A stretch of DNA of 64,000 nucleotides from a candidate division WOR-3 bacterium (GCA_037481815.1 JBBFKX010000002.1:64001-128000), one strand, 5' to 3'. Numbered from the stretch's first letter, positions 36,042-46,551 are shown. Notes: generated by a model not told the origin, from the sequence alone. Numbers and translations are program-made.

Positions 36042-38104
36042 TTTTCTTCCCTTATTGTTAAAAAACTTATAAGATAAAATATGAGTATCAAAAATAAGAA
36101 TAAAAATCTAATGTCAAAAAATTTCAACTCGAGTATTATATCAGTATTTTTTCTTAGAAAAATGTTTTGAGAAAATATAAAAATTAAAGAGATCAAAGAG
36201 AGAACCATTAAAATTCCACCTTTGAAATATTGCCCTTCATAGATTTTCCCAAACCCAGGGAATATTAAAGATAATATTTTTCTCACAAGATAATTTTTTT
36301 TCTTTTTTAATCTAACAAAAGATTCAAATTTTCTAATTTTCATTATATCAGATATAGTATCATTTATCGTTTTGTAATCGTTCACACAAATATCTTTATC
36401 ATTATACTTTATTTTATCACCATCAGATATTGGTGAATTACAGGTATAACATCTAAAAATTCTAATCTTATGACTGGTCAAAAGATTTAAAATTAAAGAA
36501 AGAACCAAGGTAAAAAATGGGATTATATTAAAAAGATCGATTCTTAAACCCATCATAACAGGTGTATCCATTACATTTTTCTTTTTCAGAAACTCTTCAT
36601 ATATGAACCTTTCAGGTATCTTGCAATCTATAACAACAGTGTTGTAGAAATTTTCATCAGTATTTTCAAGAAAGGTGCTTATAAGTTCATAATTGAGTTT
36701 GTTTGCTTTTTCAATATATTGGTTTGATTCTTCAAGTCTTAAAAGTTTCAGATAGACCTGCCCAAGATTAAAATATGATTCAGCAATATTCGGATAAGTT
36801 TCAATTGCTTTATTGTAATACTCGATCGCTTTATTATAATAACCTTTCAAAAACATTATGTTTCCAAGGTTATTATAGAGTTCCGGGAAACTCTCTCCTT
36901 TTAAAAGTATCTTGGAATATTCACTTTCAGCTTCATCAAAAAAACCACCCTTTTTGTATAGTTTTCCCTTCGAGAAAAGAAGAGCAGTATTATATGGTTG
37001 CTCTTCAAGTAATAAATTCAACTTGTTCAAAAGTTTTGTGTTCCAATAAGAATTCTCAACTTTTAGAATTACACTTATGTTATCGTTAGGATTCAGATGA
37101 CCGATTATATGTGATTCAACCCTGTAAATCAAAGGTACAAAGAAAATTAGAAGCATAAGTGTTGAGATTATTACCTTATCCTTTTTATCATAGAAAATGA
37201 AAAGAAGGAATACAATATAGAAAAACCATACAATTACATTTATCTGCAATATTAAAGGAATAAAAAGTATAAACAAAGCAAGAAAAATTCTCTGTTTGGG
37301 AAGCAATTTCCATTTTACATAACGTTTGTAAAAATAAAAGTATTTGTCAAGATTTTTTATAGTGAGAATCAAAGAATAAAAAATAAAGATTAAAAGAATA
37401 AAATATCTTAAAAATTTCAAAATGTTGAAAAGGAAAACAAACTTTATAAAATCATCTCTGAAATAATTTTTATATCTACTCAAAGCAAAACCGATATATT
37501 CAAACCTTTTTTCTTTTAAACTTAAATTCAAGATGTTGTTAACTATCTGGAAATTGAATGGATCAAGTTTGTTGGCAAGTAAAAGATTTGAGAACGCTTC
37601 GTCAATATTTTTATTTTTATAATTTTCAATCGCTAAAATGTTCAAATACATTGAAATTTCGGGAAGTGAAGTTGCGCCTACCATGTACTTAAGTTTTTCA
37701 AGTTGATCTAACTCATACTTTATATAGTTCTTTACAACGTTCACAGAAAAAATTTGATACAACCTCAAATGTAAAAGATAATCAAGACCAGATTTCTCAG
37801 ATGCTTTCTGAAAATAGAATGAAGCAGAATCGACCTCCTTTTTATAATGGAATGTAAATCCATAAGCAAGGTATATGAAAGGGTTTTTATCTCCATCCTG
37901 TAGAATTTCTCTATATTTTTCCCTCATAAGATCGAAATCAATATCTGAAACAAGTCCCTCACCTCTTAACATTTTACCATACGCGGGGAAAATATCAAAA
38001 GCCTCATTCTCAAGAAGTATAACCTGTTTGAAAATATCGTTAACTTCCTGAGAAAAGGTTAGAAGTGAAATTGATATGAGAAAAATAAAAACTAACTTCT
38101 TCAT
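36038..38104 (-). CDS. Multi-pass membrane protein with TPR repeats and a CxxC motif
   Basis: Signal peptide, TPRs (LYNNLGN..A..Y, SYFNLGQ), TM clusters, CYTC, SLIFPGFGKIYEG. Confidence 0.8.
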   Translation of the reverse strand: MKKLVFIFLISISLLTFSQEVNDIFKQVILLENEAFDIFPAYGKMLRGEGLVSDIDFDLMREKYREILQDGDKNPFIYLAYGFTFHYKKEVDSASFYFQKASEKSGLDYLLHLRLYQIFSVNVVKNYIKYELDQLEKLKYMVGATSLPEISMYLNILAIENYKNKNIDEAFSNLLLANKLDPFNFQIVNNILNLSLKEKRFEYIGFALSRYKNYFRDDFIKFVFLFNILKFLRYFILLIFIFYSLILTIKNLDKYFYFYKRYVKWKLLPKQRIFLALFILFIPLILQINVIVWFFYIVFLLFIFYDKKDKVIISTLMLLIFFVPLIYRVESHIIGHLNPNDNISVILKVENSYWNTKLLNKLNLLLEEQPYNTALLFSKGKLYKKGGFFDEAESEYSKILLKGESFPELYNNLGNIMFLKGYYNKAIEYYNKAIETYPNIAESYFNLGQVYLKLLRLEESNQYIEKANKLNYELISTFLENTDENFYNTVVIDCKIPERFIYEEFLKKKNVMDTPVMMGLRIDLFNIIPFFTLVLSLILNLLTSHKIRIFRCYTCNSPISDGDKIKYNDKDICVNDYKTINDTISDIMKIRKFESFVRLKKKKNYLVRKILSLIFPGFGKIYEGQYFKGGILMVLSLISLIFIFSQNIFLRKNTDIILELKFFDIRFLFLFLILIFYLISFLTIREEK

Positions 38105-38304
38105 TTTTTAAAAATTGCAAGAGGTATTAATACAATATAACCAATTGTTAAAAGGACTGGTGCAAACTTTAAATCACCTTTTGAAAGCAGAATATATCCT
38201 ACAAAAATGGATATCAAAGACAAAATGAAAATCGAGATGCTCAGTTTTGAAAATCTCACTCCTTCGATATCTTTTTTTATTTCATTATTCTTCTCTTTCA
38301 TCAA
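38101..38304 (-). CDS. Small two-TM protein (DUF3098-like)
   Basis: GYILL...APVLLTIGYIVLIPLAI, with 4-nt overlaps on both sides. Confidence 0.7.
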   Translation of the reverse strand: MMKEKNNEIKKDIEGVRFSKLSISIFILSLISIFVGYILLSKGDLKFAPVLLTIGYIVLIPLAIFKK

Positions 38305-39956
38305 AACTCCTTTTTTACAAAATTTGAATTTTTTATGTAATACACATCAAAGTTTAACCTGTTTTTTTTGAAAGAAATTCTTCCAGAGACACCTTTATAA
38401 TCCTGAACATTTTTCACATAATCATTTATACCTTTTCTATCTTTAACTCCACTTTTCAATAAACCGGATAAAAACTTAAACAGATCATAAGAAAGTATAA
38501 CAAATCTATCTGGCTCTTCGTTGTATCTATTATAGTAATTAAGTTTGAAATTTTGTATTCCAGGTGACAGGTCATCAGCAACTCTTGGATAAATTATATA
38601 AGTTTTTTTAAGGTAATCTTTTGCAAGCCTTATCAGGTTATCATTGTACCATAGAGACGAACCATACAAATAACAGTTAATATCTTTAAAAGCCAACTGT
38701 GTAGTTAAAAGTATAGCATCCTCATGATTCGTCGGAAGATAAATGGCATCAAAATTCATTTTTTTTATCAGATCGATCTTTTCAATAAAATCCTGAGTTC
38801 CAGGGGTATAAATTATATCAAAAACTATATTGATTCCTAACTTTTTAGATTCTCTTTTAAAAGCACTACTCATACTTCTTCCAAAAGAATCATCAGGATA
38901 TATTATTCCAACATTTTTAATGGTCGAATCTTTTTTTATTATTTGAGCTGTAAAAATAGCCTCTTCAATTAGAGTTCTATTTAAAAGAAATATGTTATCT
39001 TCAAAGTTTAACAGATCTCCATCAGTCGCTGTTGGGGTAAAAACTGGCAGAATTTTTCCATTGAAAAGATACGATCCAACTATAGCGGTTTCCTGACTTG
39101 TAAGGGGCCCTATCACAGCAACATAACTTTTGTCTTTGAATATGGAATCGATTAAAAGAAGCGTTTTAAAATTACTTCCTTCTGTATCAAAAACATTCAT
39201 AACAATATTTTCATCTTCATTTGCCATTGCACATCCTCTAAGGATCTGCTCTCCAAATCTTGCCATATCCCCTGTTAACTGTAAAAGTAATGCAATTTTT
39301 ATTTTTGATTGTTTTGTTTCTTTAATACCGAACAACTCTCTTTTTGTTTCCTCAGATTCGGGATATTCCTTTATCAATTTTTGTTTGTAAACCTCTGATT
39401 TTTCAAGTTCACCTTTTTCTTTGTAAATTTTAAACAAAGTTAACAGTATCAAAGGATTTATACTATCGTCACTGAAATTATAATAGATATATTCAAGTTC
39501 TGATTCGTTTAAATAACTCTTTATAAGATTCTGTAGATTCTTCAATGCATTAGTTTTATTGGGAGAATTTTCGGTCGTGAATTTAAAAACTTCATAAATC
39601 CATTTGAAAGATTCAAAATAAAGTTTTTTATTTATATAAGTATTCGCCATTTCAACTCTGATATTGTTTGTTACAGAATCAAATGGAAATCTCTCCGAAA
39701 GAAACTCAGCATAGGTTACTTTATTTGTAAAATATTGTGAAGGACTTTTTCTTATAAAACTAACAACAAGATCTTTCGTTTTTATATTTTCAGGATAGTT
39801 GGTTATAAAAAGATCGATTATCTTTATACTATTTTCAAAATCATTGTTTTCTAAAAATTTTTTCCCTTCAATATAAATTTTATCTATATCCTGTGAAAAG
39901 AGCAAAAAAGAAAACAATAAAAAGAATAACAAAAAATTAACTACTTTTAATCTCAT
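38301..39956 (-). CDS. LpoA-like protein: N-terminal helical/TPR region plus periplasmic binding protein type 1 domain
   Basis: Signal peptide, KIALLLQLTG..A.FG, VIGPL, YPDDSFG, SYD, GVSGRISF. Confidence 0.75.
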   Translation of the reverse strand: MRLKVVNFLLFFLLFSFLLFSQDIDKIYIEGKKFLENNDFENSIKIIDLFITNYPENIKTKDLVVSFIRKSPSQYFTNKVTYAEFLSERFPFDSVTNNIRVEMANTYINKKLYFESFKWIYEVFKFTTENSPNKTNALKNLQNLIKSYLNESELEYIYYNFSDDSINPLILLTLFKIYKEKGELEKSEVYKQKLIKEYPESEETKRELFGIKETKQSKIKIALLLQLTGDMARFGEQILRGCAMANEDENIVMNVFDTEGSNFKTLLLIDSIFKDKSYVAVIGPLTSQETAIVGSYLFNGKILPVFTPTATDGDLLNFEDNIFLLNRTLIEEAIFTAQIIKKDSTIKNVGIIYPDDSFGRSMSSAFKRESKKLGINIVFDIIYTPGTQDFIEKIDLIKKMNFDAIYLPTNHEDAILLTTQLAFKDINCYLYGSSLWYNDNLIRLAKDYLKKTYIIYPRVADDLSPGIQNFKLNYYNRYNEEPDRFVILSYDLFKFLSGLLKSGVKDRKGINDYVKNVQDYKGVSGRISFKKNRLNFDVYYIKNSNFVKKEF

Positions 39957-40356
39957 AGGTATAACTCACATCACAACTTTTTTTTAACATTGCGGAGACA
40001 GAACAATATTTGTTAAAAGATAGTTCAATAGCCCTTTCTACCTTATCTTTTTCAAGGTTTTCTCCTTCAAAAAAATAGTGTATGTTGATCTTTGTGTAAA
40101 CTTTTGGATGTTCATCCGCTCTTTCCCCGGACACTGTTAATTTAAAATCTTTAACATTTTGCCTCATCTTTTTTAATATGGATATAACATCCATTCCAGT
40201 ACATCCAGCGAGTGAAACGAGAACAAGTTCCATCGGTGAAAAAAAATTTTTCATCACCTCTTCATCTTCTGATGAATTCATCAATATCTCTCCACTACCT
40301 TTTTTCGATACAAATTTTAAATCTTCTTTCCATTCTATATTAACAGTTTTTTTCAT
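39937..40356 (-). CDS. OsmC/YhfA family protein
   Basis: SPMEL...LAGCTGMDV, KYCSVS. Confidence 0.92.
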   Translation of the reverse strand: MKKTVNIEWKEDLKFVSKKGSGEILMNSSEDEEVMKNFFSPMELVLVSLAGCTGMDVISILKKMRQNVKDFKLTVSGERADEHPKVYTKINIHYFFEGENLEKDKVERAIELSFNKYCSVSAMLKKSCDVSYTYEIKSS

Positions 40357-40844
40357 TTTTTCTCCTTATTTTCGATTATTTTTATATTATAGTTAAATTT
40401 TTCTTCAGGTTCAAGATAATCTATTATTAAAATCCCATTTATATGGTCAACCTCATGCTGGATCGCTCTTGCGTATATACCATCAAAAGTGTCTTCTTTT
40501 GGATTACCATTCTCATCAAAGTATTTAACCTTAACGGATTTACTCCTTGAGATGTTAACATTAAGGTCATTAAAAGATAAACAACCTTCCATCATCTTTT
40601 CCTTTTCTGTTGAAAACCATGTTATTACAGGATTAACCATTATATAAAGTTCTTTTTCATCCCCTATGAGTATTACCCGTTTGGTTATGCCTATCTGGTT
40701 TGCAGCAAGACCTATTCCCTCTTCTAAAAGCATCCCTTCTCTCATCGCATTGATTATATTTTTCAAAGTTTTATCAAAAGTTTTTATCTCTTCAGATTTT
40801 ATCCTCAATACAGGGTCAGGATATTTCCTTATTTTTTTCATCAT
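40353..40844 (-). CDS. def: Peptide deformylase
   Basis: GIGLAANQ, EGCLS, QHEVDH. Start is ATG 40844. Confidence 0.95.
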   Translation of the reverse strand: MMKKIRKYPDPVLRIKSEEIKTFDKTLKNIINAMREGMLLEEGIGLAANQIGITKRVILIGDEKELYIMVNPVITWFSTEKEKMMEGCLSFNDLNVNISRSKSVKVKYFDENGNPKEDTFDGIYARAIQHEVDHINGILIIDYLEPEEKFNYNIKIIENKEKK

Positions 40845-42558
40845 ATACCACCTTAATTCCAACTTCTTTTAACTGTTTTTCAGAAACATAATCGGGAGTA
40901 TTTTCCATCAATCCAATTCCATTCAACGTCTTCGGAAAAGCGATAACATCTCTGATATTTTCCTTTTTCAACAGAAGAGAAACCAACCTATCAATACCGG
41001 GGGCTATTCCTCCATGTGGAGGGGCTCCATATTTAAAAGCTTCAAGCAAAAATCCAAATTTTGATTCAAGTTCTTCCTCACTCATTCCGATTATTTTCAT
41101 AATCTCTTTTTGAATATTCCTGTCATGTATCCTGATACTTCCTGAAGCAAGTTCAATACCATTACATACAAGATCATAAGTATCAGCTCTCACTTTCAAA
41201 GGATCTTTTGACAACAACTCAAGATGTTCTTTTTTGGGCATGGTGAACATATGGTGGCATGCAACATATCTTTTTTCTTCTTCGTCATACTCAAAAAGAG
41301 GGAAATCGACGACCCACAAAAAGTTAAAATCTTTCTCATCGAAGAGATTTTTTAAGGAAGCCAATTTTTTCCTCAACATTCCAAGATACTCAAGTGTTCT
41401 TTTCCTTTTTCCACTTATAAAAAATATGGTTCCCTTTTCAATTCCAAAAACATTTTCATTAAAATATTTTGATACAGACCCTGACATTGTTGAACCATCA
41501 ATCTTCAAATATGCGATTCCATTTCCACCTGTTGATTTTATAAAATCGTTCAAAATATCTATCTCTTTTCTTGTGATTTCATTTTCAAAAACTATTCCAC
41601 CTGTAAACTCAGAATCGGTAAAAACCTTAAAATCTGTTTTCTTAACTATATCAGTATAATCTTTTATACAAAGATCAAACCTCAGATCGGGCTTATCTGT
41701 TCCATATTTTTCAAAAACTTCATCGTATGTCAACCGTTTGAAAGGTATCTCGATTTCAACATTGAAAATCTCTATAAATATCTTTTGAATCAACCTTTCT
41801 ATCAATGAAAGTATATCATCCCTTTCTATGAAAGACATCTCGATATCAAGTTGGGTAAACTCTGGTTGTCGATCTGCTCTCTGATCTTCATCCCTGAAGC
41901 ATCTCGCAATCTGAAAGTATCTATCGAACCCAGCGACCATTAGAAGTTGTTTATAAATTTGAGGTGATTGAACGAGTGCATAAAATTTCCCCTTATGGAT
42001 CCTTGATGGAACGAGAAAATCTCTTGCACCCTCAGGCGTCGATTTTGACATTATAGGAGTTTCGACCTCTACAAAACCTTCTTCAAACAAAAAGTTTCTT
42101 ATCGTTTTTATAATCTCAGATCTTTTTATGATCGTTTCTTTCATACAATTTCTTCTGAGATCAAGGTATCTATATTTCAACCTGAGTTCTTCTCCTGCCT
42201 TAACATCATCATCTAAAACAAATGGTAAAATTTCAGATTTGTTTATCACTTTTAAATCTTTTAAATCAACCTCTATCTCTCCGGTTTTCATTTCTTTATT
42301 TATCATATTTTCAGGTCTTTTCTTTACAACACCTGTTATCTGGATGACATCTTCATTTCTCAACTCTTTCACTTTTAATATAAGATCTTTTTTATCAGTG
42401 AAGATTTGAACAACTCCACTCCTATCCCTGAGGTCTATAAAAACTATGTTTCCATGATCTCTTACCCTGTTGACCCAACCTATCAGTTCAATCTCTTTTT
42501 CTAAAAATTCTGAATTTACAAATCCACACATCGAGGTTCTTAATGAAGTACCAAACAT
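40816..42558 (-). CDS. aspS: Aspartyl-tRNA synthetase
   Basis: RDHG, RYLDLR, STPEGARDF, QSPQ, FRDED.RADRQPEF, PPHGG, FPK. Confidence 0.97.
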   Translation of the reverse strand: MFGTSLRTSMCGFVNSEFLEKEIELIGWVNRVRDHGNIVFIDLRDRSGVVQIFTDKKDLILKVKELRNEDVIQITGVVKKRPENMINKEMKTGEIEVDLKDLKVINKSEILPFVLDDDVKAGEELRLKYRYLDLRRNCMKETIIKRSEIIKTIRNFLFEEGFVEVETPIMSKSTPEGARDFLVPSRIHKGKFYALVQSPQIYKQLLMVAGFDRYFQIARCFRDEDQRADRQPEFTQLDIEMSFIERDDILSLIERLIQKIFIEIFNVEIEIPFKRLTYDEVFEKYGTDKPDLRFDLCIKDYTDIVKKTDFKVFTDSEFTGGIVFENEITRKEIDILNDFIKSTGGNGIAYLKIDGSTMSGSVSKYFNENVFGIEKGTIFFISGKRKRTLEYLGMLRKKLASLKNLFDEKDFNFLWVVDFPLFEYDEEEKRYVACHHMFTMPKKEHLELLSKDPLKVRADTYDLVCNGIELASGSIRIHDRNIQKEIMKIIGMSEEELESKFGFLLEAFKYGAPPHGGIAPGIDRLVSLLLKKENIRDVIAFPKTLNGIGLMENTPDYVSEKQLKEVGIKVVYDEKNKEIS

Positions 42559-43827
42559 TTATTCTCCATTTTTAATCTCATTTAAAATATTTTCCAGATC
42601 CAATGGAATCTCTTTCTGAACTCCATTTTTCATGTTTTTCAAAGATACCTTTCCCCTTGACATTTCTTCCTCTCCAAAAATTAAGACATATTTTGCTTTC
42701 TTCTTCGAAGCCAAACTTAAAAGTTTGTTTATTCTTCCCTCATTAAAAGATATCTCTGATCTTAAACCTTTTTCTCTCAATTTTTTTAAAATGTTCACTC
42801 CTTTTTTATAAGTATCTTTTCCAAAATGAATGATAAAAACTTCCAAAGAATTTTCTTCTATTATTTTTTCTTTTACTTCCTGTGGAATTGATAGTATCAA
42901 TCTTTCAACACCACCTGCAAAACCAACACCAACAATTTCCTTTTTAAATATACAATCTTTTTTATATCTGTATCTTCCCCCGCCTATCAATGTTGATTGG
43001 GAACCCAATTTCCCGCCTATCTCAACAAACTCGAACACATTTTTTTCATAATAGTCAAGACCTCTGACAATGTTTGAATCAACCACAAATTCAATTCCGT
43101 TTGTTGTGAGATAATTTTTTAGTTCTTCAAAATCTTTTCTACAATCTTCACATAAATTATCTATAATCTTAGGACCTTTTGATGTAACATTTTTACATTT
43201 TTCATTTTTACAATCGAATACTCTTAAAGGATTCGTTTCGATTCTCCTTTTACAATCTTCACATAGATTATCTTTTTCATTTCTTAAAAAATTTTTAAGA
43301 ATCTCAAGATAAGGTTGTCTACATGTTTCACACCCTATGTTGTTCAAATTAAGAGAATGCTCAACTTTGAAACTCGTTAAAATATTTTTAGCTAACAAAA
43401 TAACTTCACCATCCCTCTCACTTTTAAAACTACCTATAGATTCACATCCATATTGATAAAATTCCCTTAACCTTCCCTTCTGAGGTCTTTCATGTCTGAA
43501 AATTTTTGTAAAATAGAAAAATTTTGTAAAAACCGAAGAATCCAGAATGTTTTTTTCAGATAGCCCAGAGATAAGCGGTGCTGTTTCCTCAGCCTTCAAA
43601 ACTATTTTCTGTGAAGACGAGACAACTTCAAACATCTCTTTTTTAACTATATCACTTTCAACACCTATGGCTCTTTTAAATATCTCTTCAGGTTGAAGTA
43701 TGGATGATTCAACAAATGTATAACCAAAACAAACGAAAATATTTTCTATGGTTTTCTTTAAACCATAGAAAAGCAAAGATTCTTCTGGTAGAACATCATA
43801 AGTTCCCTTAATCTTTTCAAATCCCAT
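42559..43827 (-). CDS. hisS: Histidyl-tRNA synthetase
   Basis: FRHERPQKGRLREFYQ, VRGLDYY, GGGRY, C-terminal anticodon domain, hisS-aspS synteny. Confidence 0.93.
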   Translation of the reverse strand: MGFEKIKGTYDVLPEESLLFYGLKKTIENIFVCFGYTFVESSILQPEEIFKRAIGVESDIVKKEMFEVVSSSQKIVLKAEETAPLISGLSEKNILDSSVFTKFFYFTKIFRHERPQKGRLREFYQYGCESIGSFKSERDGEVILLAKNILTSFKVEHSLNLNNIGCETCRQPYLEILKNFLRNEKDNLCEDCKRRIETNPLRVFDCKNEKCKNVTSKGPKIIDNLCEDCRKDFEELKNYLTTNGIEFVVDSNIVRGLDYYEKNVFEFVEIGGKLGSQSTLIGGGRYRYKKDCIFKKEIVGVGFAGGVERLILSIPQEVKEKIIEENSLEVFIIHFGKDTYKKGVNILKKLREKGLRSEISFNEGRINKLLSLASKKKAKYVLIFGEEEMSRGKVSLKNMKNGVQKEIPLDLENILNEIKNGE

Positions 43828-44269
43828 CTGTCCTCATCTTTCTATCTTTCAGTATCATATACAACAAAAGAACTCCCGATATATTTGCAAACAGATCGAA
43901 CAGAGAGCAACCTCTGTTTTTCAAAAAAATCTGATGTAGTTCATCAAACATTCCTATCAAAAATACTGCTAAAAAGGTCAACCTTATGTTGAAAGAAAAA
44001 CTTTTTTTCAAATCTTTTTTCGCAGCCCAGAAAACTAAAGTTGCTAAAATTAAATATTGAAGAAAATGGTAAATCTTGTCAAGATTCAACGCAACGATTT
44101 TATAAAAAATTCCTTCTTTTGCAATAAAGAATTTTTTTAAGTTAAAGAACAACCTTTTTAAAAAATTCCCCTGATCAAATTCATCGTTAAAATTCAGAGA
44201 CCCTACGATAAATATAAATATTGTCCATAAGGATGGAGGTGACCAATACAGAATTCTTTTAAGTTTCAA
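43817..44269 (-). CDS. VanZ family membrane protein
   Basis: DKIYHFLQY, DELHQ..R..S..D.FAN. Confidence 0.88.
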   Translation of the reverse strand: MKLKRILYWSPPSLWTIFIFIVGSLNFNDEFDQGNFLKRLFFNLKKFFIAKEGIFYKIVALNLDKIYHFLQYLILATLVFWAAKKDLKKSFSFNIRLTFLAVFLIGMFDELHQIFLKNRGCSLFDLFANISGVLLLYMILKDRKMRTDGI

Positions 44270-44711
44270 GATCTTTTAATTCCTTTTCAAAAATCTCTTG
44301 TATTTCGATTTCATCCTTTGACCCGAAAACCTTTTGTTTAAAACTTTTCGACGATAATAATCTTTTTAGATACCCTAAAAGTTCAAGATATCTATTTTTC
44401 AAATTTGAAGGGAATGAAATGATGAACAAAAGTTTTATTGAATCGTTCTCATTTAAGTTGATCCCTTTTTCAGAAAATCCTATAAAAATTTTTATACACT
44501 CTATTTTTTCATCTTCATCCTTGAAAAAAATTGTTTCATCGAACACAAGTGGAAATGAAAAAATCTGCTCGTTTAAAATTTTTTTCTCTTTCTCATCTAA
44601 AATTTTGTCATCAAAAAATTTTTTCAAGAGAGTTTTTGGAAAATCTCTAACATCTTCGTTTTCAACTTTTTTAACAAGAATTTCAATTGGGTTCGCTTTA
44701 TTTTCGTTCAT
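44259..44711 (-). CDS. PTS EIIA type-2-like protein lacking the catalytic His
   Basis: C-terminal half IGFSEKGINL...LLFII..P....YLELL..L..LL....F resembles the EIIA(Ntr/Fru) fold. There is no His in the protein. Confidence 0.55.
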   Translation of the reverse strand: MNENKANPIEILVKKVENEDVRDFPKTLLKKFFDDKILDEKEKKILNEQIFSFPLVFDETIFFKDEDEKIECIKIFIGFSEKGINLNENDSIKLLFIISFPSNLKNRYLELLGYLKRLLSSKSFKQKVFGSKDEIEIQEIFEKELKDLET

Positions 44712-46021
44712 AATATGTATTTTTTTCTGTCACCTGTTATAATTACTTCTTTGACTTTATTTCTAACAAAACCTGAATCGATCAAAACATTCTTAGGGTT
44801 GTAATCCTTTCCTTCAAACATTATATCTTCAAGAACTTTGTTAACTATTGTTCTCAACCTTCTTGCTCCTATATCTTCAAGTTTTTGGTTGTACTCTTCT
44901 GCGATAGATGAGATCAGTTCGATCGCATCATCAGAAAACTCTATATCAATTCCATCAACTTTCAAAAGGTTCTTATACTGTTTCAAAATAGAGTTATCAG
45001 GTTCTTTTAAAATTCTAACAAAATCATCTTTGCTCAACCTATCAAGTTCAACTCGAACAGGGAATCTTCCCTGAAGTTCGGGCATAAGATCCGAAACAGA
45101 ACTGTTCGAAAATGCTCCCGCTGCAATGAAAAGTATATGATCAGTTTTAACTGAACCAAATTTTGTCATAACTGTCGTTCCTTCAACTATTGGAAGTAAA
45201 TCCCTCTGAACACCACTTCTTGAAACATCAACGCCTGCTCCCCTTTCAGGAGCGATGATTTTATCTATCTCATCGATAAAAACAATTCCAAAATTTTCAA
45301 CTCTATCTTTTGCAACATCTATAACTTTTTCTTTATCTATCTTCTTGTTTATTTCCCTTTCTTTTATTATCTCTCTGGCATTTTTAACTTTTACTTTTTT
45401 TCTTTTTGTTCTTTTTGGTGAAATATCCTTTATAAATTCCTGAAAAGATTCCAAGGATTCAAGTCCTGGTACAGCAAAAATATCAAACATTGGTCTATCA
45501 CTTTCCTGTACATTAAGTTCGACCTCTCGGTCATCAAGAATTCCATCTCTATACATCTGTTGAAATTTTTTTCTCGAACTTTCCTCATAGGCCTCAATAC
45601 CAGGGAACACAAGATCGAGTATCTCGTTTTCAACAGTTTTTGCAACTTCATTTTCAAGATCATTATACATCTCTTTGAACACCATATCGTAACCAATATT
45701 CATAAGATCCCTTATGATCGACTCAACATCCTTTCCTACATATCCAATCTCTGTGAATTTCGTTGCTTCAACTTTTATGAAAGGTGCTTTCAAAATCATC
45801 GATAATCTTCTTGCGATCTCTGTTTTCCCAACTCCCGTAGGTCCAATCATGATAATATTACTCAAAAAAATGTCCTCTCTCAATTTTTCATCAACAAGTT
45901 TTCTTCTGATTCGGTTTCTAACAGCGATAGCGACCTGTTTTTTTGCTTCATCCTGTCCAACAATATATTTGTTCAACTCATTGACAATCTCTTTCGGGTT
46001 CAATTCTGTCTCTTTGATCAT
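44708..46021 (-). CDS. hslU: ATP-dependent protease ATPase subunit HslU
   Basis: GPTGVGKT, EATKFTEIGYVG, IDEIDK, VQRDLLP, PELQGR, GARRL. Confidence 0.97.
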   Translation of the reverse strand: MIKETELNPKEIVNELNKYIVGQDEAKKQVAIAVRNRIRRKLVDEKLREDIFLSNIIMIGPTGVGKTEIARRLSMILKAPFIKVEATKFTEIGYVGKDVESIIRDLMNIGYDMVFKEMYNDLENEVAKTVENEILDLVFPGIEAYEESSRKKFQQMYRDGILDDREVELNVQESDRPMFDIFAVPGLESLESFQEFIKDISPKRTKRKKVKVKNAREIIKEREINKKIDKEKVIDVAKDRVENFGIVFIDEIDKIIAPERGAGVDVSRSGVQRDLLPIVEGTTVMTKFGSVKTDHILFIAAGAFSNSSVSDLMPELQGRFPVRVELDRLSKDDFVRILKEPDNSILKQYKNLLKVDGIDIEFSDDAIELISSIAEEYNQKLEDIGARRLRTIVNKVLEDIMFEGKDYNPKNVLIDSGFVRNKVKEVIITGDRKKYIL

Positions 46022-46548
46022 CTTAAAACCTCAACGGTTAAACTATCGTTTGTATAGATACAGATTTCTGAAACTATTTTCAACGAGTTTGTAACTATTT
46101 CTTCAGCGGAAAGATCTGAATACCTTACAAGTGCCCTCGCTGCAGCATAGGCATAAGCACTTCCCGAACCGATTGAAACTATACCATCATCAGGTTCTAT
46201 TATATCTCCTTTACCAGATATTATAAGGGAATGTTCTTTGTCCATAACAACAAGCATCGCTTCAAGTTGTCTTAAAATTTTATCCTGCCTCCATTCTTTG
46301 GTAAGATCGGTTGATGCCTTTATTATATCACCTTTTGAGTTCATCAGGTACCTTTCAAATTTATCAAACAATGTTAACGCATCAGCAACTGAACCTGCAA
46401 ATCCTGCAAGCACTTTACCTTCATAAAGTTTTTTCACTTTTCTTGCACCTTTTTTCACGATTGTTTCCCCAAGTGTGACCTGCCCATCCCCACCCATCAC
46501 CGTAATTCCATCTTTTCTTAATCCAAGTATCGTTGTTGATCTTAACAT
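46018..46548 (-). CDS. hslV: ATP-dependent protease peptidase subunit HslV
   Basis: STTI N-terminal nucleophile, GDGQVT, GFAG, GSGS, CIYT. Confidence 0.97.
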   Translation of the reverse strand: MLRSTTILGLRKDGITVMGGDGQVTLGETIVKKGARKVKKLYEGKVLAGFAGSVADALTLFDKFERYLMNSKGDIIKASTDLTKEWRQDKILRQLEAMLVVMDKEHSLIISGKGDIIEPDDGIVSIGSGSAYAYAAARALVRYSDLSAEEIVTNSLKIVSEICIYTNDSLTVEVLR

Positions 46549-46551
46549 TGA

